64,000 bases of DNA from Alphaproteobacteria bacterium (GTDB lineage: Bacteria > Pseudomonadota > Alphaproteobacteria > UBA828), in contig JAJEEP010000165.1 of the NCBI GenBank assembly GCA_022820945.1, positions 12,442 to 76,441 on the forward strand, in the 5' to 3' direction. Both the position numbers and the translations under genes were made by a program. This document shows, one piece after another, positions 18,147-27,811 of the stretch (within the stretch, counting starts at the first letter, position 1; each line of letters starts with the position of its first letter). The notes beneath the pieces were generated by a model, which saw only the letters and a list, made by a program, of their open reading frames with translations, did no database searches and was not told the DNA's origin.

Positions 18147-18376
18147 AGTGGAGTCGCGCCGGCGGTCAAGGCCCTTTGGCACTTGGAATTTTTCTCCAAG
18201 CGTTGGGCGCTTCGCGTTCTACGCCACGTGGAAGCCGCCCACCGATAATCTTAGGGACATCAACCGAGGGATCGACGCCTGCGCCGACGGAATCACACAC
18301 GGGACACGATCTCGACGCGTTCTCGGTGCTTTGCGATACTCGCCGGCCGCGCCTGACCCGGTCCCGGACGGTCTTC

Positions 18377-19513
18377 ATGCCAACGGTGCTGCAAGTGCTG
18401 CCGAGCCTCGGCGGCGGGGGCGGCGTCGAACGCGAGACGCTATACATCTCTCGCGCCATCGCCGCCGCCGGCTGGCGCTCCGTTATCTTGAGCGGGGGAG
18501 TGGCAGACCGCGAGGTCGCCACCGACGCCGGCGCGCACCACGTGGCGCTCTCTGTCGCACGCCGCGACCCGATGCGGGCACCAAGTACAATCGGGCGTCT
18601 CGCGCGGCTCATCGGCGAGGAGGATGTCGATCTCGTTCATGCCCGCTCGCGCTGGCCGGCCTGGCTCGCCTACTATGCGGCGCGGCGGGCCGGACGGCCC
18701 TTCATCACGACATTCCACGGCGCCTATTCGGCCGGCTGGCCGGGGAAGCGGCGCTACAACGCGATCATGACGCGGGGCGACCGGGTGATCGCGGTCTCGA
18801 CGTTCATCGCCCGGCATATCGCCGAGACCTACGCCGTCGAGCCCGGCAGGATCAGGACCATCCCGCGCGGCGTGGATCTCGCGGAATTCGACCCGTCGCG
18901 TGTAGCCCCCGACCGTGTCGGCGCACTGCGCGACGCATGGCGCGTGCCCGACGAACTGCCGGTGGTCATGCTGCCGGGGCGTCTCACCGCACTGAAGGGT
19001 CATCTGGCCCTCCTGGACGCGCTGGCGCGGATCGAGAAGAGCGTGTGCTGCCTGTTCGTCGGCACCGGCGACGCCAACCGTGCGGGCTATCGCGCCCGCA
19101 TCGAGCAGCGGATCGCGGCGCTCGACACGACTCATGACATTCGGTTCACCGGCCCATGCGGAGACATGCCGGCGGCTTACACGCTAGCCGATGTCGTGGT
19201 CTCGCCCTCGCTGCGGCCGGAGGCCTTCGGCCGCGTCCCCGCCGAGGCGCAGGCCATGGGGCGGCCGGTGATCGCGTTCGCCCACGGCGGGGCACTGGAG
19301 ACCGTCCTCGACGGCGAGAGCGGCTGGCTGGTGCCGCCGGGCGATACGGGTGCGCTGGCGGACGCGCTGCGAGAGGCGCTAGGGGCGGGCGCGGCCGAGC
19401 GTGAGAGGATGGCCGCGGCGGGCCAAGCCCATGTGCGCTGCAACTTCACGCTGGACGGGATGTGCAGCGCGACCCTCGACGTCTATCGGGAGCTGCTGCC
19501 CGCCACGTCCTAG
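18377..19513 (+). CDS. Glycosyltransferase family 4 (GT-B, RfaG-like)
   Basis: Internal ATG at 18377 (MPTVLQVLPSLGGGGGVER...). C-terminal EAFGRVPAEAQAMGRPVIA motif (EX7E type). Confidence 0.8.
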   Translation: MPTVLQVLPSLGGGGGVERETLYISRAIAAAGWRSVILSGGVADREVATDAGAHHVALSVARRDPMRAPSTIGRLARLIGEEDVDLVHARSRWPAWLAYYAARRAGRPFITTFHGAYSAGWPGKRRYNAIMTRGDRVIAVSTFIARHIAETYAVEPGRIRTIPRGVDLAEFDPSRVAPDRVGALRDAWRVPDELPVVMLPGRLTALKGHLALLDALARIEKSVCCLFVGTGDANRAGYRARIEQRIAALDTTHDIRFTGPCGDMPAAYTLADVVVSPSLRPEAFGRVPAEAQAMGRPVIAFAHGGALETVLDGESGWLVPPGDTGALADALREALGAGAAERERMAAAGQAHVRCNFTLDGMCSATLDVYRELLPATS

Positions 19514-19582
19514 GCCGCGTTGGCTGGACAAGTGCGTGCCGGCGTCCGACACTCCCCGCCAAACACATGCAGGGACGAGGAC

Positions 19583-20344
19583 ATGGACCTTAAGCTCGAC
19601 GGCAAGAAGGCCATCGTCACCGGCGGCACGCGGGGGATCGGCCACGCGATCGCGCGCAGGCTCGCGCTGGAAGGCTGCGGGGTCGGAATCTGCGCCCGCG
19701 GCGGCGCCAAGCTAGAAACCGTGTTGGCGGCGTTCGCGTCAGAGGGTCTCAATATCGTCGGCGCCGCCTGCGATGTCGCGGACGGCGACGCCGTGCGGCA
19801 ATGGACTGCAGCGATGGCGGAGCGGCTCGGCGGCGTCGATATCGTGGTGGCCAACGTAAGCGCGCTGGCCGGAGCGCCGCACGAAGACTCCTGGCGGGCC
19901 GCGCTCGAGGTCGACATGCTCGGCACCGTGCGCACGATCGAGGCGGCCATGCCGCACCTGGAGACATCGGAGGCTGCGGCAATCGTCACCGTATCGAGCA
20001 CGGCAGGCGTCGAGAGCTTCGGCGGGGTCAGGCCCTACAACTCGATCAAGGCCGCTCTGATCAACTACACCTCCAATCTGGCCACTGTGCTTGCGGAGCG
20101 CGGCATTCGCGTGAACTGCGTCTCGCCGGGCACGATCTATTTCGAGGACGGCGTTTGGGGCCAGCGTCAGCGGGAGGATCCCGAGCGCTACGAAGCTGCA
20201 CTCGCGCTCAACCCCACCGGCCGAATGGGCACGCCCGAGGAGGTCGCCGATGCTGTGGCGTTTCTCGCGAGTCCGGTCTCGAGCTTCACCACAGGCGCCA
20301 ACCTGATCGTCGACGGCGGGCTCACCAAGCGCGTGCAGTTCTAG
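19583..20344 (+). CDS. SDR-family oxidoreductase
   Basis: Internal ATG at 19583. Cofactor motif TGGTRGIGHAIA and catalytic YNSIK (YxxxK). Confidence 0.85.
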   Translation: MDLKLDGKKAIVTGGTRGIGHAIARRLALEGCGVGICARGGAKLETVLAAFASEGLNIVGAACDVADGDAVRQWTAAMAERLGGVDIVVANVSALAGAPHEDSWRAALEVDMLGTVRTIEAAMPHLETSEAAAIVTVSSTAGVESFGGVRPYNSIKAALINYTSNLATVLAERGIRVNCVSPGTIYFEDGVWGQRQREDPERYEAALALNPTGRMGTPEEVADAVAFLASPVSSFTTGANLIVDGGLTKRVQF

Positions 20345-20388
20345 CGCCGCGGCGCCGGCCGGCGAGCGCCAACGGACGGAGGAGAGCC

Positions 20389-21495
20389 ATGAATGTTGGC
20401 GCGTTCATGATGCCCAACCACCCGCCGGGCCGCGACTTCGCCGAAGGCCACGAGCACGACCTCGACACGCTCGCCTTCCTGGACCGCATCGGCTTCGCCG
20501 AGGCCTGGATCGGCTGCCACTACACGGTGCCGACCGAGCCATGCCCCGCGCCCGACCTGTTGGTCGCCCAGGCGTTGCTGCGCACCGAACGCATCCGGGT
20601 CTCGCCGGGCGGCTATATGCTGCCCTTCCATCACCCGGCCGAGCTGGCGCATCGGATCGCCTGGCTCGACCATATCGGGCGCGGGCGCTGCTATATCGGG
20701 GTGGGCTCAAGCGGGATCCCGACCGACTGGCTGATGTTCGACATCGATGGGTTCGCCGGCCAGAACCGCGAGATGACCGAGGAATCCCTCGACATCATGA
20801 TGCGCTTTTGGGAGAGCGACGGCCCCTTCGAGTATCGCGGCAAGTACTGGACCGCACGCCGGCCCGAGGGCGAGGCCGGAGGCAACTACGACTATCACAT
20901 CGGTCCCTTCACGAAGCCTCACCCGCAGATTGCGATCGCCGGCTTTAGCCCGGATTCGCCTACGCTGGTGCTCGCCGGCCGCCGCGGCTTCATCCCGCTC
21001 AGCCTGAGCTACAGCGACGCCTACCTCGCCGGGCACTGGGCCTCCGTCGAGCGCGGAGCGGCGGAGACCGGCCGTACCCCGGACCGCAGCGCCTGGCGCA
21101 TCGGGCGGGACATCTACGTGGCGGAGACCGACGCCGAGGCCTGGAACAAGGTGGTCAACGGCACCATCGGCGAACACTATCGCAGCTTCTGGCTGCCGGT
21201 GCTCAAGCGCATCGGCATGCTCTCGGCCTGCAAGCACCACCCCGACGTGGCCGATTCCGACGTCACCGTCGAGTACGTGGCCGAGCACTGCATGGCGGTA
21301 GGCAGTCCGCGCACCGTGGAGCGCAAGATCGCCGCCATGGTCGACGCCTCGGACGGCTTCGGCACTCTGCTGGTGATCTCCTACGATCACCTGGACAACA
21401 TGGAGGGGTGGCGCGATTCCATGCGCGCTCTCGCCGCGGAGGTCATGCCCGCGTTCTCAGGCGTGGGTACCGCCGGAAGCCGAGAGGCTCGGTAG
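20389..21495 (+). CDS. LLM-class flavin-dependent monooxygenase
   Basis: Internal ATG at 20389 of track ORF 19801..21495 (MNVGAFMMPNHPPGRDF...FAEAWIGCHY...). Luciferase-like TIM-barrel pattern. Confidence 0.8.
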   Translation: MNVGAFMMPNHPPGRDFAEGHEHDLDTLAFLDRIGFAEAWIGCHYTVPTEPCPAPDLLVAQALLRTERIRVSPGGYMLPFHHPAELAHRIAWLDHIGRGRCYIGVGSSGIPTDWLMFDIDGFAGQNREMTEESLDIMMRFWESDGPFEYRGKYWTARRPEGEAGGNYDYHIGPFTKPHPQIAIAGFSPDSPTLVLAGRRGFIPLSLSYSDAYLAGHWASVERGAAETGRTPDRSAWRIGRDIYVAETDAEAWNKVVNGTIGEHYRSFWLPVLKRIGMLSACKHHPDVADSDVTVEYVAEHCMAVGSPRTVERKIAAMVDASDGFGTLLVISYDHLDNMEGWRDSMRALAAEVMPAFSGVGTAGSREAR

Positions 21496-21599
21496 ACTCC
21501 CGCCGCAAATTCCGCCTAGAGTTGCCGGCGGATATCGCAATGCCGTCGGGTGACGGCGATGCAAAGACCAATATCGGGCCGTCCAGGGAGGAACACACC

Positions 21600-22802
21600 A
21601 TGCGGAAAATGACGTTGCTGGCGGGCGCTGCCGCGCTTGCCCTATCGCTCGGCATCGCCACGCCGAGCCAGGCTGCCGACGACGATATCGTCATCGGCTT
21701 CGCCATCGCGCTCAGCGGCTGGATGAACCAGTACGACGGCCCGCCGTCGCGCTCGGCGAAGATGGCGATCAACGACATCAACGAAGCCGGCGGCGTGCTC
21801 GGCGGCCGCAACTTCAGCTTCACCCAGTCCGACACCAAGTCCGAGGCTGCCGAGGGCGCGCGGGCCGGGCAGGAGGTGATCGCCGACGGCGCCAACTTCA
21901 TGATCGTCTCGTGCGACTACGACATGGGCGCCGCCGCCGCGACGGTGGCGAACAGCAACGAGATGGTGGTCATCTCGCTTTGCGCCTCCGACGCGAAGAT
22001 GGGCGTGCAGGGCATCGGCCCCTACGCCTTCACCATGTCCAACTCCTCGCTCACCAGCGGCGCTGTGATTGCGGAGTGGGCGTGGAACAACAAGGGCTGG
22101 AAGACCGCCTACAGCCTGCTCGATACCTCGATCGAGTACGACAAGGCGATCTGCGCCGGCTTCAAGACCCGCTTCGAGAAGCTGGGCGGCGTCATGCTGG
22201 GCGAGGACACCTTCAAGCAGGACGATGCGTCCATCGCTTCGCAGATCACACGCTTCAAGCAGGTGGCGGAGGAGAAGGGCGAGCCTGACCTGCTTCACGT
22301 CTGCTCCTACGGCGCTGGCGCAAACGCCGCGATCCGCCAGATCAGGGCGGCCGGCATCGACACGCCGATCTCGGGTGGCGATTCGATGGACGGCGACTAC
22401 TGGACCGAGGCCATCGGCAACCTCAACGACCACTACACCGGCACTTACGGCTCGGTGTTCGGCGACGATCCCCGGCCCCGGGTCAACGAGTTCTTCGACC
22501 GCTACGAAGAGGTGCACGGCGAGCGCGTGTGCTGTTCGTTCGCGCTCTCGGGCTACAGCATCATCCAGGCGCTCGCCATTGCCATCGATCGGGCGGGCAC
22601 CATCGACAGCAACGCGGTGCTGGCCGAGCTCAACAAGTTCGACAAGGAGCCGCTGCTGGTGGGTCCCACCACGTTCACCGAGGACCTGCACATCAACCTC
22701 GAGCGGCCCCAGGCGATCATCGGGATCAAGGACGGCAAGGGCTACTTCGTCGACCTGATCCAGCTACCTGAGCCGCCGCCGCTTCAGCTCATCTTCAAGT
22801 AG
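21600..22802 (+). CDS. ABC transporter substrate-binding protein (LivJ/branched-chain amino-acid-binding family)
   Basis: Internal ATG at 21600 gives a Sec signal peptide (MRKMTLLAGAAALALSLGIATPSQA), followed by a type-I periplasmic binding fold pattern. Confidence 0.85.
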   Translation: MRKMTLLAGAAALALSLGIATPSQAADDDIVIGFAIALSGWMNQYDGPPSRSAKMAINDINEAGGVLGGRNFSFTQSDTKSEAAEGARAGQEVIADGANFMIVSCDYDMGAAAATVANSNEMVVISLCASDAKMGVQGIGPYAFTMSNSSLTSGAVIAEWAWNNKGWKTAYSLLDTSIEYDKAICAGFKTRFEKLGGVMLGEDTFKQDDASIASQITRFKQVAEEKGEPDLLHVCSYGAGANAAIRQIRAAGIDTPISGGDSMDGDYWTEAIGNLNDHYTGTYGSVFGDDPRPRVNEFFDRYEEVHGERVCCSFALSGYSIIQALAIAIDRAGTIDSNAVLAELNKFDKEPLLVGPTTFTEDLHINLERPQAIIGIKDGKGYFVDLIQLPEPPPLQLIFK

Positions 22803-22815
22803 GCACAGACCCGGT

Positions 22816-22857
22816 GGGCGGTCCGCGAAACCCAGTCTCGCGGGCCGCCCCCGTTTT
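22816..22857 (+). terminator. Intrinsic terminator/attenuator after the binding-protein gene
   Basis: GGGCGGTCCGCGA and TCGCGGGCCGCCC form a 13-bp stem (one G-U pair) with a 9-nt loop, followed by CCGTTTT. Confidence 0.5.
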
Positions 22858-22924
22858 CCCGGTCGCGGCGCCGCGGCCGACGGCCGCCGCCTGACGCCGC
22901 CAGTCGTTCGAGGGGCCTTCTTCG

Positions 22925-23839
22925 GTGCAAGCGGTCGTTCAGAACATCATCGACGCTCTCAGCCTGGGGAGCCTGTTCGCGCTCACCTCCCTCGGCATCG
23001 GGCTGATCTTCGGCATCATGCGCCTGATCAACTTCGCTCACGGCGACTTGATCATGATTGGCGCTTACGCCCTGATCGTGCCGTCCGCCGCCGTGGCGCC
23101 GCAGCTCTTTATCGGCGCCTGGCATCCGGCGGCGGTGGTGGCGGCGATCATTCTCATCGTCATCATCTTTGCCGTCGCCTGCGAGCGGCTGGCCTTCCGC
23201 CCGCTCCGCGATGCCGACCCCTCGGTGCTGCTGATCGCCTCCTTCGCGCTCAGCTTCTTTCTCCAGAACCTGGTGCTGCTCATCTATGAGGGCCGGCCCA
23301 AGGGTGTGGATCTCTGGCCGGTGCTGACCGATCCCTTCCTGCTCGGCGACATTCGCCTGCCGCGCCTGCAAATCGTGATGATCGCCGCGACCGCGGCGCT
23401 CTTGCTGCTGCTCGTCGCCTTCCTCAAGCGCACGGCGATCGGGCGCCAGATGCGGGCTGCGTCCGAGGACTTCATGATGGCGCGCTTCCTGGGCGTGCGC
23501 GCCAACCGGGTGATTGCCGCGGCCTTCGCAATTTCAGGCCTGCTCGCGGCTGTGGTCTCGCTGCTCTTCGTCGTGCAGAACGGCGTGCTCAAGTTCGACA
23601 TGGGCGTGCCGCTGGTGCTTGCCGCGTTCGTGGGCACCGTCGTCGGCGGCATGGGCAGCCTGGCGGGCGCGGTGGTCGGCGGCTTCGTGGTGGGCGTCGC
23701 CAGCGTCTTCTTCCAGATCGTGCTGCCGCTCGAGATGCGGCTTAACCGGGATGCCTGGGTCTACGGGCTCATCCTGGTCATCCTCCTGCTCAGGCCCGGC
23801 GGTATCGTCAAGGTGAAGGCGGTCGAGGAACGGATCTGA
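22925..23839 (+). CDS. Branched-chain amino acid ABC transporter permease (LivH type)
   Basis: GTG start. LivH-like N-terminus (VVQNIIDALSLGSLFALTSLGIGLIFGIMRLINFAHGD). Confidence 0.85.
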   Translation: MQAVVQNIIDALSLGSLFALTSLGIGLIFGIMRLINFAHGDLIMIGAYALIVPSAAVAPQLFIGAWHPAAVVAAIILIVIIFAVACERLAFRPLRDADPSVLLIASFALSFFLQNLVLLIYEGRPKGVDLWPVLTDPFLLGDIRLPRLQIVMIAATAALLLLLVAFLKRTAIGRQMRAASEDFMMARFLGVRANRVIAAAFAISGLLAAVVSLLFVVQNGVLKFDMGVPLVLAAFVGTVVGGMGSLAGAVVGGFVVGVASVFFQIVLPLEMRLNRDAWVYGLILVILLLRPGGIVKVKAVEERI

Positions 23840-23841
23840 CC

Positions 23842-25644
23842 GTGCTGCGCGAAATTCGCCCTGTAACCGTAGGCCGTTACCTGTGGGAGCCGGGGACTCT
23901 CGGCTTGGGCCTCCTCGTGCTCTCTCTGATCATTTGGGGGAGCGGCGACAAGGTCATCGAGCGCACGCTCACGGTCGCGCTCATCAACACCGTCATGGTG
24001 ATCGGCCTCTACATCTTCATCGGCAATTCCGGCGTGCTGGCCTTCGGCCACATGGCCTTCGCGCTGATCGGCGCCTATGCCGTCGCCTGGTTCACCATGT
24101 CGCCGTTCAAGAAGAGCTTCGCTCTCGACCTCCCCACATTCCTGGCCGAGAACACGCTGCCGCTGCTGCCGTCGGCGATCATCTCCTCGCTGCTGGCGGC
24201 GCTCGTCGCCCTTGTCGTCGGCATCCCATTGATGCGCTTGAGCGGCATAGCCGCCAGCATTGGCACCTTCGCGGTGCTGATGATCTTCTACACGCTCTAC
24301 TCCAACTGGGATTCCTGGACCTTCGGCGCGAGCACGCTGGTGGGCATCCCCATCTACGTCAACTTCTGGGTGGCGCTCGCCTGGGCCGGAGTCGCGCTGC
24401 TGGTCGCCACGATCTATCAGAAATCCCGCTTCGGCCTCGCGCTCCGCGCCTCGCGCGAGAACGAGGCGGCAGCGCGCGCCGTCGGCATCAACGTGCCCAC
24501 CCAGCGGCTCATCGCCTTCGTCCTCAGCGGGTTCTTCATGGGGCTGGGCGGGGTGCTGCAGGCCCACTACGTCGGCTCCATCGTGGTGCGGGGCTTCTGG
24601 CTGGGCCCCACCTTCATCGCGCTCGCCATGCTGATGATCGGCGGTCAGCGGAGCCTCACCGGCGCCGTGGTGGGCGTAATCGTGGTCTCGGCCCTGCAGG
24701 AGGTACTGCGCCAGATCGAGGTCGTTATCGAGCAATACGGGCTGAGCCAGCTCGTCATCGCGTTGCTGATGCTGATGATCCTCATCATCCGCCCGCGCGG
24801 CATTGCGAGGGGGCGGGAGATCCCCTGGCCCTTCGTCCGCCAGGTGGCGTCGGCACGGGCGGCCCAAGCAGCGTCAGCGCCCGCAATCGCGGCCGCCGGC
24901 GGCGACATGGAGGAGCGGCTGGAGGCGCACGATATCTCGGTCAACTTCGAGGGTCTGGCTGCGGTCGACGAGGTCACAGTGTCCATGGGACGGCACGAGA
25001 TATTCGGGCTGATCGGGCCGAACGGCGCGGGCAAGACCACACTGGTGAACGTGCTGACGGGCTTCCAGAAGCCGACGCATGGCAATGTCGTGCTCGCCGG
25101 CGTCGACGTCACCGGCTGGCCGCCGCACCGGATCGGCCGCCGGGGCCTCGCGCGCACCTTCCAGGCGGTGCGGCTCTACCCGGACATGCTGGTAATCGAG
25201 AACCTGGAGGCCGCCGCGGTCGGCACGGGCCTCGGTCGCCTCGAGGCGTCCCGGCGTGCTCGCGCCATTCTCGAATGGATGAACTTCACGGATAAGGCCT
25301 ACGATCACGCGGATACATTGCCCTACGGCGACGAGCGCCGGGTCGGCATCGGCCGCGCGCTGGCGATGGCGCCCCACTTCGTCCTGCTGGACGAGCCAGC
25401 CGCCGGCATGAGCGACGCCGAGTGCGACGATCTGATGGCGCTGATCTCGCGCATTCCCGGCGATTTCGGCTGCGGGGTGCTGTTGATCGAGCACAACATG
25501 CGCGTGATCATGGGGGTCTGCGACCGCATCCACGTGATCGACAGCGGGCGGACCATCGGCGAAGGGACGCCGCAGGAGATTCAGGCCAATCCGGCGGTAA
25601 TCCGCGCCTATCTTGGCTCCCGTTCGGAGCAAGGCGATGCTTGA
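23842..25644 (+). CDS. Fused ABC permease (LivM type) and ATP-binding protein (LivG type)
   Basis: One 600-aa ORF. The N-terminal ~330 aa is a polytopic permease. After an Ala-rich linker comes an ABC ATPase with Walker A GPNGAGKTT, signature YGDERRV and Walker B FVLLDEP. Confidence 0.8.
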   Translation: MLREIRPVTVGRYLWEPGTLGLGLLVLSLIIWGSGDKVIERTLTVALINTVMVIGLYIFIGNSGVLAFGHMAFALIGAYAVAWFTMSPFKKSFALDLPTFLAENTLPLLPSAIISSLLAALVALVVGIPLMRLSGIAASIGTFAVLMIFYTLYSNWDSWTFGASTLVGIPIYVNFWVALAWAGVALLVATIYQKSRFGLALRASRENEAAARAVGINVPTQRLIAFVLSGFFMGLGGVLQAHYVGSIVVRGFWLGPTFIALAMLMIGGQRSLTGAVVGVIVVSALQEVLRQIEVVIEQYGLSQLVIALLMLMILIIRPRGIARGREIPWPFVRQVASARAAQAASAPAIAAAGGDMEERLEAHDISVNFEGLAAVDEVTVSMGRHEIFGLIGPNGAGKTTLVNVLTGFQKPTHGNVVLAGVDVTGWPPHRIGRRGLARTFQAVRLYPDMLVIENLEAAAVGTGLGRLEASRRARAILEWMNFTDKAYDHADTLPYGDERRVGIGRALAMAPHFVLLDEPAAGMSDAECDDLMALISRIPGDFGCGVLLIEHNMRVIMGVCDRIHVIDSGRTIGEGTPQEIQANPAVIRAYLGSRSEQGDA

Positions 25645-26374
25645 GGTCGACAACATCAGCGTCAGCTACGGCCGCATCCCGGCGGTGCGCGGCGTCAGCC
25701 TCACCGTGGACGAGGGCGAGATCGTGACGTTGGTCGGTCCCAATGGCGCCGGCAAGTCGACCACGCTCATGACCATTGCCGGTGCGCTGACGCCGACCCA
25801 GGGCACGGTTCGGCTCAATGACGAGGTGATCGTGGGCAAGGGGCCGGAGAACATCGCCCGCCTCGGGGTCTCCTTTGTGCCCGAGGGCCGCCACGTCTTC
25901 ACCCGGCTCACGGTGGAGGAAAACATCCGCCTCGGCACCGACATGCGCTCCGACAAGAGGCAGATCGAACAGGACTTCGAGCGCGTGCTCGACTACTTCC
26001 CCTTCATGCGCGAGCGGCTATCGACACCGGGGGGCAAGCTCTCGGGCGGCGAGCAGCAGCAGCTCGTGATCGGGCGCGCGCTGATGACGGCGCCCAAGAT
26101 CATCCTGGTGGACGAGCCCTCGCTCGGGCTCGGCCCGCTCATCGTGGACAAGGTCTACGAAATTCTCCAGTCCCTGCGCGAGGCTGGCAATACGCTGCTG
26201 GTGGTGGAGCAGAGCACCCACCGCGCGCTGGAGAACGCCGACCGGGTCTACGTGCTGCGCAGCGGACAGATCGAGCTCACGGGGCGGAGCGACGAGCTCA
26301 CGGACGAGGAGCTTGAGCGCGCCTATTTCGGCTTCGAAGAGACGGCCGCCGAGCGCGAGGACGTGCACTTCTGA
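25637..26374 (+). CDS. ABC transporter ATP-binding protein (LivF type)
   Basis: The ATG at 25637 overlaps the upstream stop (ATGCTTGA). Walker A GPNGAGKST, signature LSGGEQQ, Walker B ILVDEPS. Confidence 0.85.
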   Translation: MLEVDNISVSYGRIPAVRGVSLTVDEGEIVTLVGPNGAGKSTTLMTIAGALTPTQGTVRLNDEVIVGKGPENIARLGVSFVPEGRHVFTRLTVEENIRLGTDMRSDKRQIEQDFERVLDYFPFMRERLSTPGGKLSGGEQQQLVIGRALMTAPKIILVDEPSLGLGPLIVDKVYEILQSLREAGNTLLVVEQSTHRALENADRVYVLRSGQIELTGRSDELTDEELERAYFGFEETAAEREDVHF

Positions 26375-26423
26375 GGGGGGTAGGGGCCGCCCTTCGGATC
26401 ACGTCCGTGCTGAGAAATGTGGG

Positions 26424-27137
26424 TTAGGGCGCGGGCCGGGCCCCGAAGATTGCGGTGCCGATCCTGACGTGGGTGGCGCCGAGCGCGATCGCGGTCCGGT
26501 AATCGGCCGACATACCCATGCTGAGACGTTCGAGCCCGTGGCGCGCGGCGAGTTCCCGCAGCAGCGTGAAGTGGGGGGCAGGGTCCTCGGCGGCGGGAGG
26601 GAGGCACATGAGCCCGGCCACCGGCAGCATCAGGTCGTCTCGGCACTGCGCGAGCAGCGCTTCGAGGTCATCCGGCAACACGCCGGCCTTCTGCGGCTCG
26701 GCGCCTGTGTTGATCTGGACGAAGCAGTCCGGGCGCTTGCCCTGACGATCCATCTCGCGGGCCAGCGCCACAGCCAGCTTCGGCCGGTCGACGGCGTGGA
26801 TGGCGTCGGCGACCGCCACGGCGTCACGCGCTTTGTTGGTCTGCAGCGCGCCGATGTAGTGCAGCACCGCGCTAGGCCATTCGGCGCGGAGCGCCTGCCA
26901 CTTCCGGCTTGCTTCCTGCACTCTGTTCTCGCCGAAAGTCGTGTGACCGGCGGCGAGCGCGGGCAGAATCCGGCTTGCGGGGTGTCCCTTGGAGACCGCG
27001 ATCAGCGTAATCTCGCTCGCATCGCGCCCGGCGTGCCCCGCCGCGTCCTGGACCTCGGCCTTGACGGCGGCCAGATTGGCCGCGACATCGACGGACGGTG
27101 GGCCGTCTTGGGCGGGAGCAGGAGATGCGTGCGCCAT
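26424..27137 (-). CDS. yggS: YggS-family pyridoxal-phosphate homeostasis protein
   Basis: Motifs LIAVSKGHP, FGENRVQEA, HYIGALQTNK and MGMSADY are typical of YggS/PROSC. Confidence 0.85.
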   Translation of the reverse strand: MAHASPAPAQDGPPSVDVAANLAAVKAEVQDAAGHAGRDASEITLIAVSKGHPASRILPALAAGHTTFGENRVQEASRKWQALRAEWPSAVLHYIGALQTNKARDAVAVADAIHAVDRPKLAVALAREMDRQGKRPDCFVQINTGAEPQKAGVLPDDLEALLAQCRDDLMLPVAGLMCLPPAAEDPAPHFTLLRELAARHGLERLSMGMSADYRTAIALGATHVRIGTAIFGARPAP

Positions 27138-27150
27138 GGAAACCTAGGTA

Positions 27151-27792
27151 ATGCGAGCGACGGGAACGCTAGCAGAGGCGGCGGCGAGCCTCAAACGAGC
27201 GGCGGGGAGCACGCTGCCGGCACTTGTGCTCATGACCGACGAGGCGCGGCTCGCCGATCCGCTGCCGGCCGCCCGCGCGCTGCCGGCGGGGAGCGCCATC
27301 ATCCTCCGCCACTATGGCGTGCCGGAGCGCGCGGCGCTCGCCCGCCAACTGACCGCCATTGCGCGCCGGCGCGGGCTGGTCCTGCTGGTGGGAGAGGACC
27401 CCGTGCTCGCGCGGCGCGTCGGCGCGGGCGGGGTGCATCTGCCGGAGCGCGCGCTTCGCCGGGCGGGTGCGGTGCGCTGGCAGCGGGAGTGGCTGGTCAC
27501 CGCCGCCGTCCACTCTCACGCGGCGCTGAGCACGGCTGCAGCGTGCGGCGCGGACGCGGCCCTGCTGTCCCCGGTCTTTGCCACACCGAGCCATCGGGAT
27601 GTCCGCGCCCTCGGGCTTCAGCGCTTCGCGGCGCTCGCGCAGGCGAGCCCGATTCCGGTCTATGCCCTCGGTGGCATCGACCGCACCCGCGCGAATTTGC
27701 TTCGAGGCAGCGGCGCCGTCGGCATCGCTGGCATCGGCGGGCTTGTCCCGCGGGCATCGAACGACCCCCGACATGGGAGGTGCGGAACGTGA
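27151..27792 (+). CDS. Thiamine-phosphate synthase family protein (ThiE-like)
   Basis: TIM-barrel ThiE-like pattern (LVLMTDE..., ILRHYG, GVHLPE, SPVFATPSH, VYALGGI). The start is uncertain. It lies head-to-head with yggS with only 13 nt between the start codons. Confidence 0.65.
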   Translation: MRATGTLAEAAASLKRAAGSTLPALVLMTDEARLADPLPAARALPAGSAIILRHYGVPERAALARQLTAIARRRGLVLLVGEDPVLARRVGAGGVHLPERALRRAGAVRWQREWLVTAAVHSHAALSTAAACGADAALLSPVFATPSHRDVRALGLQRFAALAQASPIPVYALGGIDRTRANLLRGSGAVGIAGIGGLVPRASNDPRHGRCGT

Positions 27793-27811
27793 TTGCGGCG
27801 AGAGGACCGGA

